Shown here: in pieces, positions 1 to 12,400 of the stretch
Numbering within the stretch: the stretch's first letter is position 1
Layout: each line of letters begins with the position of its first letter
Assembly (NCBI RefSeq): GCF_009914755.1
Contig: NC_060947.1
Source: the human T2T-CHM13v2.0 reference genome, Homo sapiens
Strand: one strand, 5' to 3'
Length of the DNA: 64,000 bases
The notes under the pieces: generated by a model
What the model saw: only the letters and a program-made list of their open reading frames with translations
Database searches by the model: none
Told to the model about the DNA's origin: nothing
Position numbers and translations under genes: made by a program

Positions 1-256
1 AAACAATAGAAAAAATCAATGAAACTAAGAGCTCTTCAAAAGCGTCAGCAAAGTTGATAAACCTTTAGGAAAGTGACTTACAAAAAGAGAGTAGACTCAA
101 ACGTCTAAAATGAGATATGAAACTAAGGACTGAAAATAGATAGTGGTGACAGCTGCTCAGCATTGTGAGTGTTAATAATGCCTCTCCATTTCACAGTTAA
201 AAATGATTAAAATGGCAACTTTTATGTTATATGTATTTTATCACAATGAAAATAAA
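1..256 (+). mobile_element. Old L1 fragments (ORF2 piece joined to an L1MB-type 3' end)
   Basis: 1-120 resembles L1 ORF2 (aaaatcaatgaaactaagagc...aagttgataaaccttt). 125-256 resembles an L1MB 3' terminus (gatagtggtga...aaaatgattaaaatggcaacttttatgttatatgtattttatcacaat). Confidence 0.75.
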
Positions 257-279
257 TCTATTAAATACTTATCTATTCT

Positions 280-600
280 ATAATGTGAATGAAGCTTTTA
301 ACCATTATGGTAAATAAAAGGAGTCAGAAACAAAGTTTCATGTATTGTATGCTTTTGTTTTTATGAAAAGTCCAGAATAGACAAATCTATAAGGACAGCA
401 CACAGGGGAAATATGCATATTGAGATTGATTTCTAACATGTGTGGAGTTTCTTTATGGAGTGATGGTAATGTTTTGGGATCTGATAATGGGGCTGTTTCC
501 ACAACATTTTGAGTATACTAAAAAACTACTAAATTTTAATTTTAAAATGGTACTTTTTGCTGCATACATTTTATTTCAATTTAAAATTTTATTTAAAAAA
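280..600 (+). mobile_element. L1MB-type 3' end fragment
   Basis: gtccagaatagacaaatctata...ggagtttctttatggagtgatggtaatgtttt...ttttaaaatgg. ORF 442..624 is incidental. Confidence 0.7.
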
Positions 601-1016
601 GCTATGCCTTTATTTCTGCACTAAGTTAATATCAATCACTTCTAATTTTCCTCTTATTGCTTTATTCATTATTCATATTCAGTATGAAATAAAGATGTGA
701 AAATAGCTTTCAAAACAATTATTATTAGGAATGAAATAACACTATAGAGAAAAATCAGTGAATTGTTTTTAAATTATACCTTAGGAAAATGAAAAGCATC
801 ATTAGTACATAAATTCCATAATATAGAAACAAATTATTTACTATTATTCAGCACAGAAATATTAAAATAAAAAGTGGTAACATATAGGAATTGATCTTAG
901 AGACAGAGCACTAAAGACTTTTACCCCAGCAAGTGGCAGCTCAACCTTTAATGTATTTCAGAAAAAATTATAGATAGGAAAATATTAGGAGGAAAATCAC
1001 CTGGAAATGTTCTACC

Positions 1017-1319
<303 letters not shown>

Positions 1320-1573
1320 ATGTTCTACTTATATAATGAGTCTATTATAGTAGTAATTTTTAAATGCCATAATATTTTCAGTCACTTTTTAAAAAATTAA
1401 TCTTCGAAGAGTTATTTTCGAACACCATTTAAACTTAAACATTGCTAGGAGAGTTAGAAGGAAAAAGAAGAAACACTACTCTAGAAAAAAATGTTTTAAA
1501 TGCAGCAAAAATAAGTTTTACTTATTCTAAATAGATCTCTAATTACCTCGAGGTAATCTTTAAGAAGAAATAG

Positions 1574-1825
1574 GGCTGGGCGCCGTGGTTCATGCCTATA
1601 ATCCCAGCACTTCGGGAGGCCGAGGCGGGTGGATCACCTGAGGTCAGGAGTTCGAGACCAGCCTAACCAATATGGTGAAACCCCGTTTCTACTAAAAATA
1701 TAAAAATTAGCAGGGCGTGGTGGTGTGCACCTGTAGTCCCAACTACACGGAAGGCTGAGACAGGAGAATTGCTTGAAGCCGGAGCCAGCCTGGGCTACAG
1801 AGTAAGACTCCGTTTCAAATAAAAA
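1574..1825 (+). mobile_element. AluS with ~40 bp deletion in right arm
   Basis: ggctgggcgccgtgg...ggatcacctgaggtcaggagttcgagacc; gcttgaagccggag joins directly to ccagcctgggc. TSD aagaagaaata at 1562-1572 and 1826-1836. Confidence 0.95.
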
Positions 1826-2514
1826 AAGAAGAAATAACCTCCCCAGTGAGCCATACGTCAGCCACACACAACAGGTATGGTTTAAATTATCTCATAAATA
1901 GTGGAAATAAATTACATATGAAAAAATTACTAAATATATGTCTAATAAATTAGAATTTATCTTGCTTTTATGTTGCTTCTCTACTCTTGTAAAAATAAAA
2001 CATGGTTTGTGAAAAGAGGGTACAACTCACTAATTTTCATTGTGAGAAAACAAGAAAAGACTAGATTTCACTCCAAAATTATTCTTCTCCTTGTTCTCAC
2101 CTGTTCATTAAAAATACATTATGTCATTTCCAAGAGAAAGTAGAAAGCAAACTTTTATTTAAAGATATCCTGTTAAAGCCTACCCATCTTTTATTTTTTG
2201 GTTTATTTGAACTTTATATATACCTCTGTGTGTTCAAAAGTAGAATTATGGTATTTAAAAAAATGCATAAAATAAAACAAAAAACAAAAATAATAATATG
2301 TAGCAGTTAAATAATAAACTCAGATAAAATCAAGGGTAAGGATGGAAAGTAAACCCATTAATCAGACATTTTAAAACATTTCATCATTAATGTTCATAAA
2401 TGCATTAGAAATGAACCTCATATCTTGTTATAAAGTTTATAATAGTAAATATAAAATTAGAAAAACAATTTGATATGTTATACACAACATCTATTAGATG
2501 AAAACAAAACAATT

Positions 2515-2655
2515 TATTATTCCTATTTACAGTTATTCCTATTTACAGGAGACTCAGGGACAAAGGGGTTAAGAAATCAACCAAAGTCATACATAAACTT
2601 CAAGGAAGAAACAATATTTTAATCTGTCAGCCTGGCACCCAAACCTAGAGTTCTT
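2515..2655 (-). mobile_element. MIR fragment
   Basis: cctatttacaggagactcagggacaaaggggttaagaaatcaaccaaagtcatac resembles the reverse MIR core. Confidence 0.6.
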
Positions 2656-4576
2656 GAAGAACACAGACTGCAATGTCAAAAATAATAATAGGAGACAGGT
2701 CAAGAAAGATGGCAGAATAGAACGTTCCATCAATTGTCCCCCTGGCAAGGGCAACAATTTAACAACTGTCTACACAAAAAAGGACTTTCAGAAGAACCAA
2801 ATATTAGGTGAGCACTCAGAGTACCTGGTTTGAAGTTCATATCACTGAAAAAAGCACTGAAGAAGTAGAGAAAACAGTCTTGATTTGTCAATGCCACTCC
2901 TTCCCAATTTTCATGCAGCATGCAAAGAGAATCTGTGCACGTGGGAAATTAGAGTGCAGCAACTGAGAGATAGTACGTCGAACTTAGTGCTGCCCTGTTA
3001 TAGCAGAAAACAAAACCGGACTGAACTCAGCTGTCACCCACCCACGGAGGGAGTATTTAAAGCAGCCCCAGCCAGGGAGGAGTCACCCATCCCAGCAGTC
3101 GAAACTGGAGTTCCTGCAAGCCTTGCCACCTCGAGCTAGAGTGCTCCTGGGCCCTAAATAAATTTGAAAGGCAGTTCAGGCCACAAGGATTACTACTCCT
3201 AGAAGAGTCCTAGTGCTGAAATGGGCCCAGAGCCAGTAAACTGGGGTGGGAAGTGGGGCACATGACCTACTGAGACACAAGCCAGTGTGGCTAGAGGAGT
3301 GCAGGTTTCATCACCCCAATAACACCAGGCTGAATAGCTCATGGCTTCAAAAAGACCCCTTTCTTCCTCTCGAGGGGAGGAGAGGAAAGTGTAACAATGA
3401 CATTTGTCTAGCATCTTGGATACCAGCTCAGCCACAGTAGGATAAGGCACCAGTCAGAGTTACAAGGATGCTATTTCAGGCCCTAGCGCTCAGATGACAT
3501 TTCTAGACACACATTGGGCCAGATGGGAACCCCTTAACTTGAAGGGAAGGAGTCAGTCTTGTCAGAATGTATTATCTTCTATCTGAAGAGCCGTTAGTCC
3601 CTGAATAACCAGTGGCAATACTCAGGTAGTACATAGTAGGCCTCAGGTGACACTTTGAAACTTTCTGGCTTCAGGTGGGAATTAGCATATTCCCAGCTGT
3701 CATGGCTATGAAGAGAGATTCCTTCTGCTTGAGAAAAGAAGAGGGAAAAGTAAAGGGGACTTTGTCTTGCACTTTAGGTACCAGCTCTGCCACAGTGGGT
3801 GGGTTCTCGGGGTCCCCAATTTCAGGCTTTGCCACTTGAGTGGAATTTCTGGACATGCCCTGGGTGAGAAGGGATTTCACCACACAGAAGGGTAAGTTCC
3901 AAGGCTTGTATAATTCATCATGAGCTTATAGAAGAGACCTTGGGCCTTAAATGGACGTTGCTGGTAGCCTGGTAATACTCCCTGTGTGCCTGTGGTGGAG
4001 GTGGCCATTGGGTGAGGTTCTTCTGCCCTTGAAAAGGTGAGAAAAGAATGGAAAAAAAACTGTCTTGTGATTTCAGTGCCAGCTCAGCTGCAGTACTATA
4101 AAACACTATGTCAAATTCTAAGGGTTTTGTTTGTTTGTTTGTTTGTTTGATTATAGTCCCTGGACCAAGACAGCACCTCTGGACCCTTCAGGCCAGGGGA
4201 AACTTGCCGCTCTGAAGGGAATGACACAGTCCTGACTGGCTTCACCATCTGTGGATTGCAGAACACCAGTGCCTCGAGCAAATATAGGCAGTAGCCAGGA
4301 GTGGTTGCAGCAGGCCATGGGTGAGACCCAGCACTGTGCTGTCTTCAGATCTGATGTAGTGCCGCCCTAGTGGCAGTAGCCATAGGGGTGCTTGTGTCAC
4401 TCCACTGCCAACTCCAGGCAGCTAAGAACACAGAGAGAGAGAGACTCCATTTGTTTGAGAGAAAGTAACAGAAAAAGAATGAGAATCTCTGTCTGATAAT
4501 CCAAATAATTATTCCAGATCTTGTCTAAGACCATCAGCACAGCACCTTTACAAGCCTGCCAGAACCATAGCATTTT

Positions 4577-7500
4577 CCAGTTTGGAGAGGAACATAACTA
4601 ACCAGAAGAAGCTGAAAAACATAACACGAGAACTTCACAATGCAATCACAAGTATCAGTAGCAGAATAGAACAAGCAGGGAAAAGACTCTCAGAGCTTGA
4701 AAACTATTTGAAATGAGACAGGCATACAAAAATAGAGAAAAACAAATAAAAAGGAATGAGCAAAACCTCTGAGAAATATGGGATTATGTAAAGAGATTGA
4801 ACCTATGACTGATTGGGGTACCTGAAAGAGATGGGGAGAATGGAACCAAGTTAGAAAACATACTTCAGGCTATCATCCAGGAAAACTTCCTCAACCTAGA
4901 AAAGTGGGCCAACATTCAAATTCAGAAACTGCAGAGAACACCAGTAATATACTAAACAAGAAGATCAACCCCAAAACACGTAATAATCAGATTATCCAAG
5001 GTCAAAATGAAAGAAAAAATGTTAAGGGCAACCAGAGAGAAAGGTCAGGTCATCTACAAAGGGAATTCCATCAGACTAACAGTGGACCTCTCAGCAGAAA
5101 CCCTACAGGCCAGAAGAAACTGGGGGCCAATATTTGACATTATTAAAGAAATGAATTTCCAACCCTTAATTTCATATCTGGCCAAACTAAACTTCAAAAG
5201 CGAATGAGAAATAAGACCCTTTTCAGACAAGCAAATGATGAGGAAATTCATCACAACCAGGCCTACTTTGCAAGAGCCTTTGAAGGAAGTGCTAAATATG
5301 GAAAGAAAAAACTATTACCAGCCACAACAAAAACACACTGAAGTACACAGACAAGTTACACTATGAGGCAACCACATAAACAAGTCTGCAAAATAACCAG
5401 CTAGCATTATGATGACAGGATCAAATTCACATATAACAATGCTAACCTTAAATGTAAATGAGCTAAATGCCCTGGTCAAAAAACAGAGTGGCAAGATGGA
5501 TAAAGAACCAAGATCTATTTTTATGCTGTCTTTAAGAGACCTATCTCACAAGCAAAGACACACATAGACTCAAAATAAAGGGATGAACAAAAATCTCTCA
5601 AGGAAATGGAAAACAGAAAAAAAAAGCAGGGGTTTCAATCCTAGGTTCTCATAAAACAGACTTCAAACCAGCAAAGATCAAAAAAAGACAAATAAGGGCA
5701 TTATAGTAACATAATGGTAAAATGTTCAACAAGAAGAACAAACTATACTAAATATATATTCACCCAACACGGGAGCACCCAGATTTATAAAGCAAGTTTT
5801 TAGAGATCTTCGAAGAGACTTATACTCCCACAAAATAAGAGGGGGAAACTTTAACACCCCACTGACAACATTAGACAGATCATCAAGGCAGAAAATTAAC
5901 AAAGATATTTAGAACCTGAACTCAGCACAGGATCAAATGAACCTGATAGGAATCTACATAACTCTCCACCTTGAAACAACAGAATGTACATTCTTCTCAT
6001 CACTACATGGCACTTACTCTAAAATTGATCAAATAATCAGAAGTAAAACACTCCTTAACAAATGTAAAATAACTAAAATCATAACAAAGAGTCTCTTGGA
6101 CCACAGCACAATCAAATTCAAGACTAAGAAATCAAGATTAAGAAATTCACTCAAAGCCAAACAATTACATGGAAATTGAGTAACCTTCTCCTGAATGACT
6201 TTTGGGTAAATGATGAAATTAAAGCAAAAATCAAGAAGTTTTTTGAAACAAATGAGAACAAAGAGACATTGTACCAGAATCTCTGAGATGCAGCTAAAGC
6301 AGTGTTAACAGGGAAATTTATAGCACAAAAATGTCCACACCAAAAAGCTAGAAAGATCAAAAGTTAATAAACTAACATCACAATTAAAAGAACTAGAGAA
6401 CTAAGAGCAAATGAACCCCAGGGCTAGCAGAAGACAAAAAAATGACCAAAATTAGAGCTGAACTGAAAGAGATAGAAAACATGAAAAACCTTTGAAAAAG
6501 TCAATGAATCCATGATCTGGTCTTTTGGAGAAATTAAAAAACATAGATAGACTGCTAGCTAGACTCATAGAGAAAGAAAGACAGAAGAATCAAATAAATG
6601 TGATCCGAAATGATAAGGGGAATACCACCATTGACACCACAGAATTACAAACAACCATCAAAGAATATTATGTACACCTCTATGCACATAAACTAAAAAA
6701 TACAGAAGAAATGAATAAATTCCAGGACACATATACCCTCCTAAGGTTGAACCAAGAAGAAATTGAATTCTTGGGTAAACCAATAATGAGTTCTGAAATT
6801 GAGACAGTAATAAGTAGCCTACCAAGAAGAAAAAATCCAGGACCAGATGGATTAACAGCTGAATTCTACCAGAGGTACAAAAAAGATCAGGTACAATTTC
6901 TACTGAAACTATTCCAAAAAATTGAAAAGGAGAGACTCCTTCCTAACCTGTTCTATGAGGCCAGGATCATCCTGATACCAAAACCTGTCAAAGATATAAC
7001 AAAAAAAGAAAACTGCAGACCAGTAACCTTGATGAACATTGATGCAAAAATCCTCAACAAAATAATGGCAAACCAAATCCAGCAGCACATCCAAAAGCTT
7101 ATCCACAATAATTAAATTGGCTTCATCCTCAGGAGGCAAGATGGGTTCAACATATGCAAATAAATAAACATGATTCATCAAATAAACAGAACCAAAACCA
7201 AAAACCACATGATTATCTCAATAGATACAAAGAAGACCTTAAATAAAATTCAACATGCCATCATGTTAGAAACTCTCAATAAACTAGGAATTGAAGGCAC
7301 ATACCTCAAAATAATAAGAGCCATTTATGACAAACCCACAACCAATATAATACTGAATGGGCAAAAGCTGAAAGCATTCCATTGAAAACCATCAAAAGAC
7401 AAGGATGCCGTCTCTCACCACTCCTATTCAACATAGTATTGGAAGTTCTGGCCAGGGCAATCAGGCAAGAGAAAGAAATAAATGGTGTTCAAATAGGAAA

Positions 7501-9480
7501 AACAGAAGAGAAATTATCTTTGTTTGCAGATAACATAATCCTATACCTAGAAAACCCCATTGTCTCAGCCCCAAAGCTTCTAAAGATAATCAGCAAATTC
7601 AGCAAAGTATCAGGATGCAAAATCAATGTGCAAGTTTTCTAGCATTCCTACACATCAACAACAGGCAAGCTGAGAGCAAAATCATTAATGAACTCCCCAT
7701 TCACAACTGCTACAAAAAGGATAAAATACCTAGAAATACAGCTTACAAGGGAAGTGGGGGACATCTTCAAGGAGAACTACAAACCACTGCTCAAAGAAAT
7801 CAGAGAAGACACAAACAAGTGGAAAAACATTTCATGCTCATGGATAGAAAAAAATCAATATAGTGAAAATGGCCATACTGTCCAAAGAAATTTATAGATT
7901 CAATGCTATTCCCATTAAGCTACCATTGACATTCTTCACAGAATTAGAAAAAAAACTATTTTAAAATTCCCATGGAACCAAAAGAGAGCCCCAATAGCCA
8001 AGGTAGTTCTAAACAAAAAGAACAAAACTGGAAGTATCACACTACCTGGCTTCAAACTATACTACAAGGCTACAATAACTAAAACAGCATGGTACTGGTA
8101 CAAGAACAGATGCATAGACTAATAGAACAGAATAGAGAACTCAGGAATGAGACCACACCCCTACAACTATCTATTTTTTGACAAACCTGAAAAAAAAAAC
8201 AAGCAATGAGGACAGGATTCTCTATTTAATAAACAATGTTAAGAGAACTTGCCAGCCGTATGCAGAAAATTGAAACTGGGCCCCTTCCTTACACCATATA
8301 CAAAAATTAACTCAAGATAGAGTAAAGACAAATGTAAAACCCAAAACTATAAAAACTCTAGAAGAAAATCTAGGCAATACCATTCAGGGCATAGGCATGG
8401 CAAAGATTTTATGACAAAAATGCCAAAAGCAATTGCAACAAAAGCCAAAATTGACAAGTGGGATCTAATTAAACAAAAGACTTTCTGCACAGCAAAAGAA
8501 ACTATCATCTGAGTGAACAGACAACTGACAGAATGGAAGAAATATTTCACAATTGATCCATCTGACAAAGGTCTATTATCCAGAGTCTACAAGAAACTTA
8601 AGCAAATTTACAAGCAAAAAACAACCCCATTAAAATATGAGCAAACGCCATGAACAGACACTTCTCAAAAGAAGACACACATGAGGCCAACAAGAATATG
8701 GAAAAAAGGTCAACATCACTGATCATTACAGAAATGCAAATCAAAACCACAATGGGATATTATCTCATGCCTGTCAGAATGGCTATTAATAAAAAGTCAA
8801 AAAACAGCAGATGTTAGTGAAGTTGTGGGGAAAAAAAAGAAATGCTTTTATACTGTTGGTGGAAGTATAAATTTGTTCAACCATTGTGGAAGACTGTGGC
8901 AATTCCTGGAAGACCTAGAGGCAAAAATATGATTTGACCAGCAATCCTATTACTTGGTATATACCCGAGGGAATATAAATCATTCTATTATAAAGATACA
9001 TGCACATGTATGTTCATTGCAGCACTATTCACAATCGTAAAGACATGGAATCAACCTAAATGCTCATCAATGATAGACTGGACAAAGAAAATGTGGTACA
9101 TATCCATGATGGAATACTATGTAGCCATAAAAAGAAATGTGATCATGTCCTTTGCAGCAACATGGATGGAGTTGAAAGACATTATTCTCAGTAAACTAAT
9201 ACAGGAACAGAAAACCAAACACTGCATGTTCTTGCTTATAAGTGGGAGCTGAATGAAAAGAACATGTGGACACACTGGGGGGAATGACATACACTGGGGT
9301 CTGTCAGGGTTGGGTAGAGGGAGGTAGAGCATAAGGAAGAATAGCTTATGGATGCTAGCTTTACTACCTAGGTGATGGAATGATTTGTCCAGCAAATGAC
9401 CATGGCATACATTTACCTACATAACAAACCTGCACATTATGCACATGTACCCCTGAACTTAAAAGTTGAAGAAAAAAAAA
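4577..9480 (+). mobile_element. 5'-truncated L1PA13/14-like LINE-1 nested in the L1MA
   Basis: Begins within ORF1 (ccagtttggagaggaacataa) and runs through ORF1 C-terminus, ORF2 and a 3'UTR (gaagaatagcttatggatgc...catgtacccctgaacttaaaagttg) to an A-tail. Confidence 0.92.
5412..9252 (+). pseudogene. Disrupted L1 ORF2 (endonuclease / reverse transcriptase)
   Basis: Starts atgacaggatcaaattcacat. Fragments include [52 protein letters not shown] and [14 protein letters not shown], split across frames by stops and frameshifts. Confidence 0.92.
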
Positions 9481-12400
9481 AGACCATGCAGGAACGCATT
9501 ACCTCACCAAATGAACCAAATAAGGCAAAAGGACCAATCCTGGAGAAACAAAGATATATGACAGGTAATTCAAAATAGTTCGGTTGAGGAAACACAAGGA
9601 AATTCAAAATAACAGAGAGAAGGTATTCAAAATTCTATCAGGTGTATTTAACAAAAGATTGAAAGAAATAAAGCAGAAATTCTTGAACTGAAAATTGCAA
9701 TTGACATACTAAAGAATGTACCAGAGTCTTTTAATGTGCAGAATTGATCATGTAGAAAAAAAAGTGAGCCTGAAGAAAGCTATTTAGAAAATTCATAGTT
9801 GGAGGACACAAAAGAAAAAAGAATAAAAATGTGAAGCATGCCAACAGAATCTAGGAAGATAGCACTAAAGGTGCAAATCTAAGAGTTTTTGGCCTGAAAG
9901 AGGAGGTAGAAGAGATAGGAGTAGAAAGATTATTCAAAGTGATAATAACAGAGAACTTCCCAAACCTAGGCAAATATATCAATATCCAAATACAAGTAAA
10001 TTATAGAACATCAAAATGATTTAGCAAAAAAAAAAATACCATGTCAAGGCATTTACAAATGAAACTCCCATAGGTCAAAAATAAAGAATCCTAAAAGTAG
10101 CTAGAAAAAAGGAAGGAAAAACATACAGTGATGCTCCAATATGTCTGGCAGCAGACTTTTCACTGGAAACCTTACAGACCAGGAGAGAGTGGCATGACGT
10201 ATTTAAAGTGCTGAAGGAAAAAAAAAAAGTTTACATTAGAATAGTATATCTGGCAAAACTATACTTCAAACATGAATGAGAAATAAAGACTTTCCCAGCA
10301 AACAAAAGCTGAGGGATTTTATCAACACTAGACCTGTCCTAAAAGAAAGTACGTCAACTAGAAAGAAAAGGGAGTTAACAATCAGCAAATTCAAGAAACA
10401 TATTTTCTTGAAACAAATGATAATGAAAGTATAACATACCTAAACTTATGGGATAAAGTGAAAGCAGTACTGAGGGAAGTTTATAGCTCTATGTGCCTAC
10501 ACTATAAAAGAAGAACTTCAAATAAACAACCTAACAATGCATCTTAAAGAACTGTAAAATTGAGAGCAAACTATACCCAACAAGATATCATCGGAAGGTG
10601 AAAAACTCACTGGTCTTAGTAAGTACACAGAAAAACACAGAATATTATAACACTGCAACTGTGTAATGTAAATTACTCATATCTTAGAGTAGAAAGACTA
10701 AACAATGAACCAATCAAAAATAAAAACTACAACAACTTTCCAAGACATAGACAATACAATAAGACATAAATAAAAACAAAAAAGAGTTAAAGAGTCAGGG
10801 GATAAATTTAAGATCCAGAGTTTTTATTTTTTTATTTTTATTTTTGCTTGTTCATTTGTTTATACAAACAGTGTTAAGATGTTATCAGCTGACAATGGGT
10901 TATAAAATAGTATGTGCAAGCCTCAGAGATGATCACAAAAGACCAGAAAACAAATAACAAAATGGCAGGATTAAGTACTTAGTAATCGACAGCAACATTA
11001 AATGTAAATTGACTAAGCTCTTCAATCAGAATACATACAGGGGCATAATGAATTAAATAACAAGACCCAACAATTTGTTGCCTACAAGAAACACATTTCA
11101 CCTATAAAGACACATACAGATTAAAATAAAGGTATGGAAAGAGATATTCCATTTCAAGGAAAACCAAAATAGAGCAAGAGTAGCTCTACTTATATCAGAA
11201 AAAGTAGATTTCAAGACAAACTATAGGAAGACACTAAGAAGGCCACTATATAATGATAAAGGGGACAATTTAGCAAGGACATATAATGATTTTAAATATA
11301 TATGCACCTAACATTGAAGCAACTAGATATACAAAACAAATATTGTTAGAGCTAAAGAGAGAGATAAACCAAATACAATAATAGCTTAAAACTTCAACAC
11401 TCCACTTTCAGCTTTGGAAAGATCTTCCAGACAGAAAATCAACAAAGATCTTCCAGATAGAAAATCAGCAAAGAAATGTCAGACTTAATCTGCACTATAG
11501 AACAAATAGATAGTTACATAACATTTTAACCAATGGCTGCAGAATACACTTTTTTTTTTTTTTTTTTGCTCAGCATACGGATGATTCTCAAGAAGAGACC
11601 ATTTGTGAGGTCACAAAACAAGTATTAAAACAATAAAAGAATCAAATATCTTCTTTCACCACAATGAGATGAAACTAAAAGTCAATAAAAGAGGAATTTC
11701 AAAACTATACAAATACATGGAAATTAAAAAATATGTTCCTGAATGAACAGTGGTTCAATAAAGAAATTAAGGAGGAAACTGAAACTTTTCTTGAAACAAA
11801 TGATAATGGCAGTATAACATACCCAAACCTATGGGATAAAGTGAAAGCAGTATTGAGAGAAATTTATAGCTCTAAGTGACTACACTACAAACGAAGAACT
11901 TCAAATAAACAACCCAACATCTTAAAGAACTAGAAAAGTGAGAACAAACCATACCCAAAAAGTAATAGAAGAAAAAACTAATAAAGATCAGAGAAAAATA
12001 AAATTGAAATAAAGAAAACAATAGAAAAAAATCAGTGAAACTTTTTTTTCTAAAAAATGTTAAACAAAATTAGCAAACCTTTAGAGAGATGAAGAAAAGC
12101 AGACAGTATCCAAATAAATAAAATCAGAGATAAAACAGAGACATTATAACTGATACCACAGAAATTTAAAGGATCATTAGTGGTTACTATGTGCAACTAC
12201 ATGACAATAAATTGGAAAATCTAGAAGAAATGGACAAATTCCTAGACACATACAATCTACCAAGATTGAACCATGAAGAAATTCAAAACCTGAACAGATC
12301 AATAACAAGTAACAAGATCAAAGCCATAATAAAAAAGCTTCCAGCAAAGAGAAGCCCAGGAAGCAATGGCTTCCCTGCTGAATTCTACCAAACATTTAAG

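Noticed and set aside
4355-4380. CTCF-like site (reverse ccactagggcggcac)
   Set aside because: The core deviates from CCACYAGRKGGC, it lies in an L1 5'UTR, and there is no supporting evidence.
6525-7897. Longest ORFs (up to 196 aa) with RT motifs as an active or novel reverse transcriptase
   Set aside because: Standard L1 ORF2 broken by many stops and frameshifts; the catalytic FADD reads FADN.
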